This document shows positions 61,601 to 64,000 of a DNA stretch of 64,000 nucleotides, in pieces. The DNA comes from Thermoproteota archaeon (GTDB lineage: Archaea; Thermoproteota; Thermoprotei; Thermofilales; B9-G17): contig JAPDJW010000009.1 of NCBI GenBank assembly GCA_029258885.1, positions 32,001 through 96,000 of the forward strand. Reading direction: 5' to 3'. The position numbers and the translations under genes were made by a program. A model generated the notes under the pieces. That model searched no databases. It had not been told where the DNA came from and saw only the letters and a list, made by a program, of their open reading frames with translations. Each line of letters begins with the position of its first letter. Within the stretch, counting starts at the first letter, position 1.

Positions 61601-63054
61601 AGAACATAGGATTAGCCACAATAAAAATATGGTCACTTCAGCCTAGGGGGGCGGCAGGCCAGCAGTTCATAATTCATGCAGTGGATCCGGCTACACTCAG
61701 GAAGATGGATATAAGGGGAATATATGGGCTTATGCCTGAAGAATACGAGTTAGTAGCTAAAAACATAACTCTCATAGAAGGCAAATGGTTTGACGAAACA
61801 GATGTATTTGTCTGTATTATACCCGAAAGCCTACACGAGCTGTTTGAACTGAACGTCGGAGACGAAATACTGATACAGGGGCTTAAGCTTAGGATTATAG
61901 GAATATTTAGCGATACATTGCTGGCGAACTTAAGGGAGATAGATAACCGCGAATTAACGCCAATAATAGGTAGCCAGGGAGGCCTTCCGATACATTCGCG
62001 TCCATCATACACGATTATAGTCCCGGTTAAGCTTGTGATCTATCAGCCATGGCTCACGCAGGGAGTAGGCGTAGACTTCCAGGTAGCGCAGATAACTGCT
62101 AGAGTTGAGGCAGATAAGGAGAGGCTAATGGATATAGCCGAGGAGATAGCGTTAACTCATCCAGGCTTCGATATATTCATAGGCTACGGCGACAAGATAT
62201 ACCACTTGAGTAAAAGAGCGGCGCTCCAGGTGGCTGGACTAGAGTATATGATCATACCCATCATAATTTCGGTATTAAATATTGTAACAATGGTTCTGGC
62301 AGCTGTCTACGAGAGAATGCGTGAAATATTTGTCTACTCTGCCTTAGGCCTAGCCCCGGTACATGTCGGACTAATGTTTCTAGCAGAGTTTTCAGTATAT
62401 GCCATATTTGGATCATTAGTCGGATACACTATAGCGGTAGCTTTCCTCAGAGCGTTTTCCGGCATGGTTGGAATATATCCGAACTATATATCAGCCTACG
62501 TAATGATGACGATAGGAATATCGGTACTGTCGGTACTCGTTGCAACGCTGTATCCAATGTTTAAGATAACTAGGATAGCATTACCTTCGTTAAAGAGGAG
62601 GTGGGAACTGCCCACAAAGCCCGCGGGTGATATCTGGAATATACCATTGCCATTTTTCGCATCCTCAAGAGAGGAGGCTATAGGGGTTCTATGGTATTTA
62701 GCTGAATTTGCTGCAATGCATAGAAGTGAGGAGTTCGGAAAATTTGTAGCAACAAATATCTCCGGAGCAATATCTGAAGATGAGATGGAGCTCAAATTTA
62801 GGGCAAGAATAGCTCCGTGGAGAGCAGGCATAGAGCAGGATGTAGCAATTAAGGCAATGTATTTCAAGGAGAGGAATAACTGGACGTTTAATCTCGTACT
62901 AAAGAGGATAAGTGGAGACTATAGGACATGGAGATCGGCCAACTACGTATTCGTGGATACTGTTAGGAAGCAGTTCCTGCTCTGGAGAAGCCAACCGCCT
63001 GAGAAAAAGAAGGAGTACTTCGAGAAGGGGCTTAAACGTTTTAGCGGAGGATGA
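58606..63054 (+). CDS. M28-like/PA extracellular domain fused to an FtsX-type permease
   Basis: RFTGYEG, PA-like insert, SHFDS, GASD..GISILMELAR, SGHYQGLYG; TM block; RRKIRTLLTL (FtsX), ERMREI..YSALGLAP.HV..MFLAE. Confidence 0.85.
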   Translation: MKKSIFIIALLILTIALRFGLADPSASVSIDDIVDYVEKINGFKPRFTGYEGCREAARYIFNEFSKYLDNVTWETYPILIPYDAGSTLIVKVGGEEYSFKVYPFLPNDVQTCYGEYEGKLVYVGDASYTSLNGKELNGSIAVVELDCYISWVRLIDFGVKAVVFIPKYDVNRLQMEGKYLDIPVKFPRALLSLNDRERIIRLLRENMELEAKLKIGMKWEVKSCDVIYGYINGASKPDEVVVLLSHFDSYSWAPSLPTGASDAIGISILMELARVFSVNRPERSILFVAVSGHYQGLYGTRMFIERHILNESDRLNLLASNKKIFVIDLKVFDDDSRVSFLYVSYFYDASTGGISVSARQRYVEVAKGIDKVLDYLSSNMPEGLDEEYISHEYEMLSISQGTNDWQRLFPRPIHIDAEAFFRVGLASVCFHTAYSFRKYLGTELDTPERINWENVLKQAVFIESVVNTIVNDVKYGFFENLVSGLATTGPKRSGSYGESFGDFVGKIVTWDPDKANWVPLSEAGLKPAIVSIRLGGATFSGSQWNVRFYLLTDKDGVFTLNGSLIGWGASYEVRAYIMDENYNIIYVSDFGRHGGEVWSNTFLLNAPIVGSKDNPRLFVVFKASGIVLPKILDPLVVSEPLSQSNNLYPDGAYENSFSIEVLEEDTGVPPDAYSWYMDPKGIGVVFLQPNSKALVVMRTKGREYPIGFIIVNSGDAGTEAIYTRFLERISLSVMKLALERRNRLKSFGVTNYMLEKFISMASEKEAKLQALIEDKRYDEYFVESVDLLGLAYNSYAFSRGLYMDVILSTVLLFILILVFSILLEKTLTGDKSAKIRAFSLISIFTVTLVTLSILHPGFTLAANIIMVEIGFVMLLFIGLILFILFLEFTVFLQTYRRERLGVHFMESRGIEVGVLAMSTGTEYMKRRKIRTLLTLISITVIAFALVTFTSGQTMIVITPKVFEPELKKTLYNGILLERIATVNNPLSIELYEYLKIKLKNIGLATIKIWSLQPRGAAGQQFIIHAVDPATLRKMDIRGIYGLMPEEYELVAKNITLIEGKWFDETDVFVCIIPESLHELFELNVGDEILIQGLKLRIIGIFSDTLLANLREIDNRELTPIIGSQGGLPIHSRPSYTIIVPVKLVIYQPWLTQGVGVDFQVAQITARVEADKERLMDIAEEIALTHPGFDIFIGYGDKIYHLSKRAALQVAGLEYMIIPIIISVLNIVTMVLAAVYERMREIFVYSALGLAPVHVGLMFLAEFSVYAIFGSLVGYTIAVAFLRAFSGMVGIYPNYISAYVMMTIGISVLSVLVATLYPMFKITRIALPSLKRRWELPTKPAGDIWNIPLPFFASSREEAIGVLWYLAEFAAMHRSEEFGKFVATNISGAISEDEMELKFRARIAPWRAGIEQDVAIKAMYFKERNNWTFNLVLKRISGDYRTWRSANYVFVDTVRKQFLLWRSQPPEKKKEYFEKGLKRFSGG

Positions 63055-63179
63055 ATATTATGGGTTTTAAATATATTTATAAATTCAATGGGATATTAAA
63101 GAAGTTTTCACAAAAACTTATATACTCTTAGAGGATATTATTATCTATCCATAACTAATATTAAGGAGGTTCTTTACGT

Positions 63180-64000
63180 ATGTCAGACTCCTCTGAATTC
63201 TTGGGTATTTCTAGAAAAGCATTCCTAACGGCTATATTAATCTCAATAATTCTACCGATAGTCCTGCAGCTTAACTACGCTCTCCTATTCCCGTACACGT
63301 ACGCTGAATGGGGATGGATGAAAGGGCCCTGGATAGTTGCGCTAATATTGGGTCTATTCATAGGACTCTTATCGCGAGTATCGAATAAGTTCAGGATAAG
63401 CAAGACGGACTTCACCGTAATATATGCAGCTATCCTCATATCCTCAGTATTCTACCTAGTACCATCATATACGTTAGGCTGGTTCACGTACATGGTTTAC
63501 GATGAAGGAAGGAGACTTAAGATACTTGGAGGAGAGGATGCACCTTTCATGCCGGATCTATGGGTTCCAAAGAGCATAGATGTACTCGTGGGAATGTTTA
63601 AGCCCGGTAGACCCTACGTACCGTGGGGCGCCTGGGCTGGGCCACTAGGATACTGGATAGTATTCTTCATAGCGCTAGGGCTAGTTCAAATAGGTATAGC
63701 AACAATACTGAGGAAACAGTTTATAGAGATTGAACGGCTACCCTTCCCTTACGCTATGGCGGGCATCGATATATGGCGGGCATCAAACATAGCTGGCTTT
63801 GAGGAGAGGCCCGGAAAGATATTCGGGATAAACTCCCTATGGCTCGGCGCGCTTCTAGCGTTCATACTGTATCTGCCGGGAGCCCTCGCATCCCTATCGG
63901 CTGGAGCTATAAGTCCACCACAGGCATACTGGGACAATATATGGCCTGGATGGGGGATCGATTTATCTCCAGTTATAACCTATAACGTTGCACTAAGAGT
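63180..64000 (+). CDS. Polytopic membrane protein, DUF6785/OPT-like (runs off window; absent from ORF track)
   Basis: ATG 63180 after GGAGGT; open to the window end; multiple TMs; P.LWVP, PWGAW..PL.YW, LRKQFIEIERLPFP motif. Confidence 0.75.
   Translation, partial: MSDSSEFLGISRKAFLTAILISIILPIVLQLNYALLFPYTYAEWGWMKGPWIVALILGLFIGLLSRVSNKFRISKTDFTVIYAAILISSVFYLVPSYTLGWFTYMVYDEGRRLKILGGEDAPFMPDLWVPKSIDVLVGMFKPGRPYVPWGAWAGPLGYWIVFFIALGLVQIGIATILRKQFIEIERLPFPYAMAGIDIWRASNIAGFEERPGKIFGINSLWLGALLAFILYLPGALASLSAGAISPPQAYWDNIWPGWGIDLSPVITYNVALR

Noticed and set aside
1-64000. Transposases, integrases, tRNA or rRNA genes
   Set aside because: No DDE, HUH or tyrosine-recombinase motifs, cloverleaf-like GC-rich segments or rRNA-like tracts were recognised by eye; tRNAscan-SE and ISEScan would confirm.

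Overview
Chromosomal DNA from an archaeon, most likely a (hyper)thermophilic member of the Thermoproteota. It looks Thermofilaceae-like from gene content and protein style; this is an inference, not a database match. Housekeeping and metabolic genes are hypF (runs off the left edge), two TatD paralogs, trpB2, two aminopropyltransferases, a dUTPase, two eIF2B/R15P-isomerase paralogs, prs, and a GlgM-like glycosyltransferase with a maltokinase-like kinase. They are interleaved with many toxin-antitoxin and defence-type genes: a HEPN-MNT fusion, a HEPN/MNT pair, an antitoxin-PIN-antitoxin triad, three orphan antitoxins, an AlbA_2/Schlafen protein and a DUF4143 ATPase. There are also many secreted, C-terminally anchored surface hydrolases. 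The 19.9-25.8 kb region holds four broken genes, three of which are mis-split by the ORF track. The main points of interest are: (i) an Amidase_2 + amino-acid permease + GH18 (YaaH/SleL-type) cluster suggesting bacterial peptidoglycan digestion; (ii) a right-end cluster with a GH36-like enzyme, two anchored beta-sandwich proteins, a 1482-aa M28/PA-FtsX fusion and a DUF6785/OPT-like membrane protein (runs off the right edge); (iii) an unannotated 49-nt C/D box sRNA candidate; (iv) a perfect 36-bp palindrome in front of a Schlafen-like gene that has no canonical start codon. No rRNA, tRNA, CRISPR array or transposase was recognised. Family calls come from motif recognition by eye; no searches were run.
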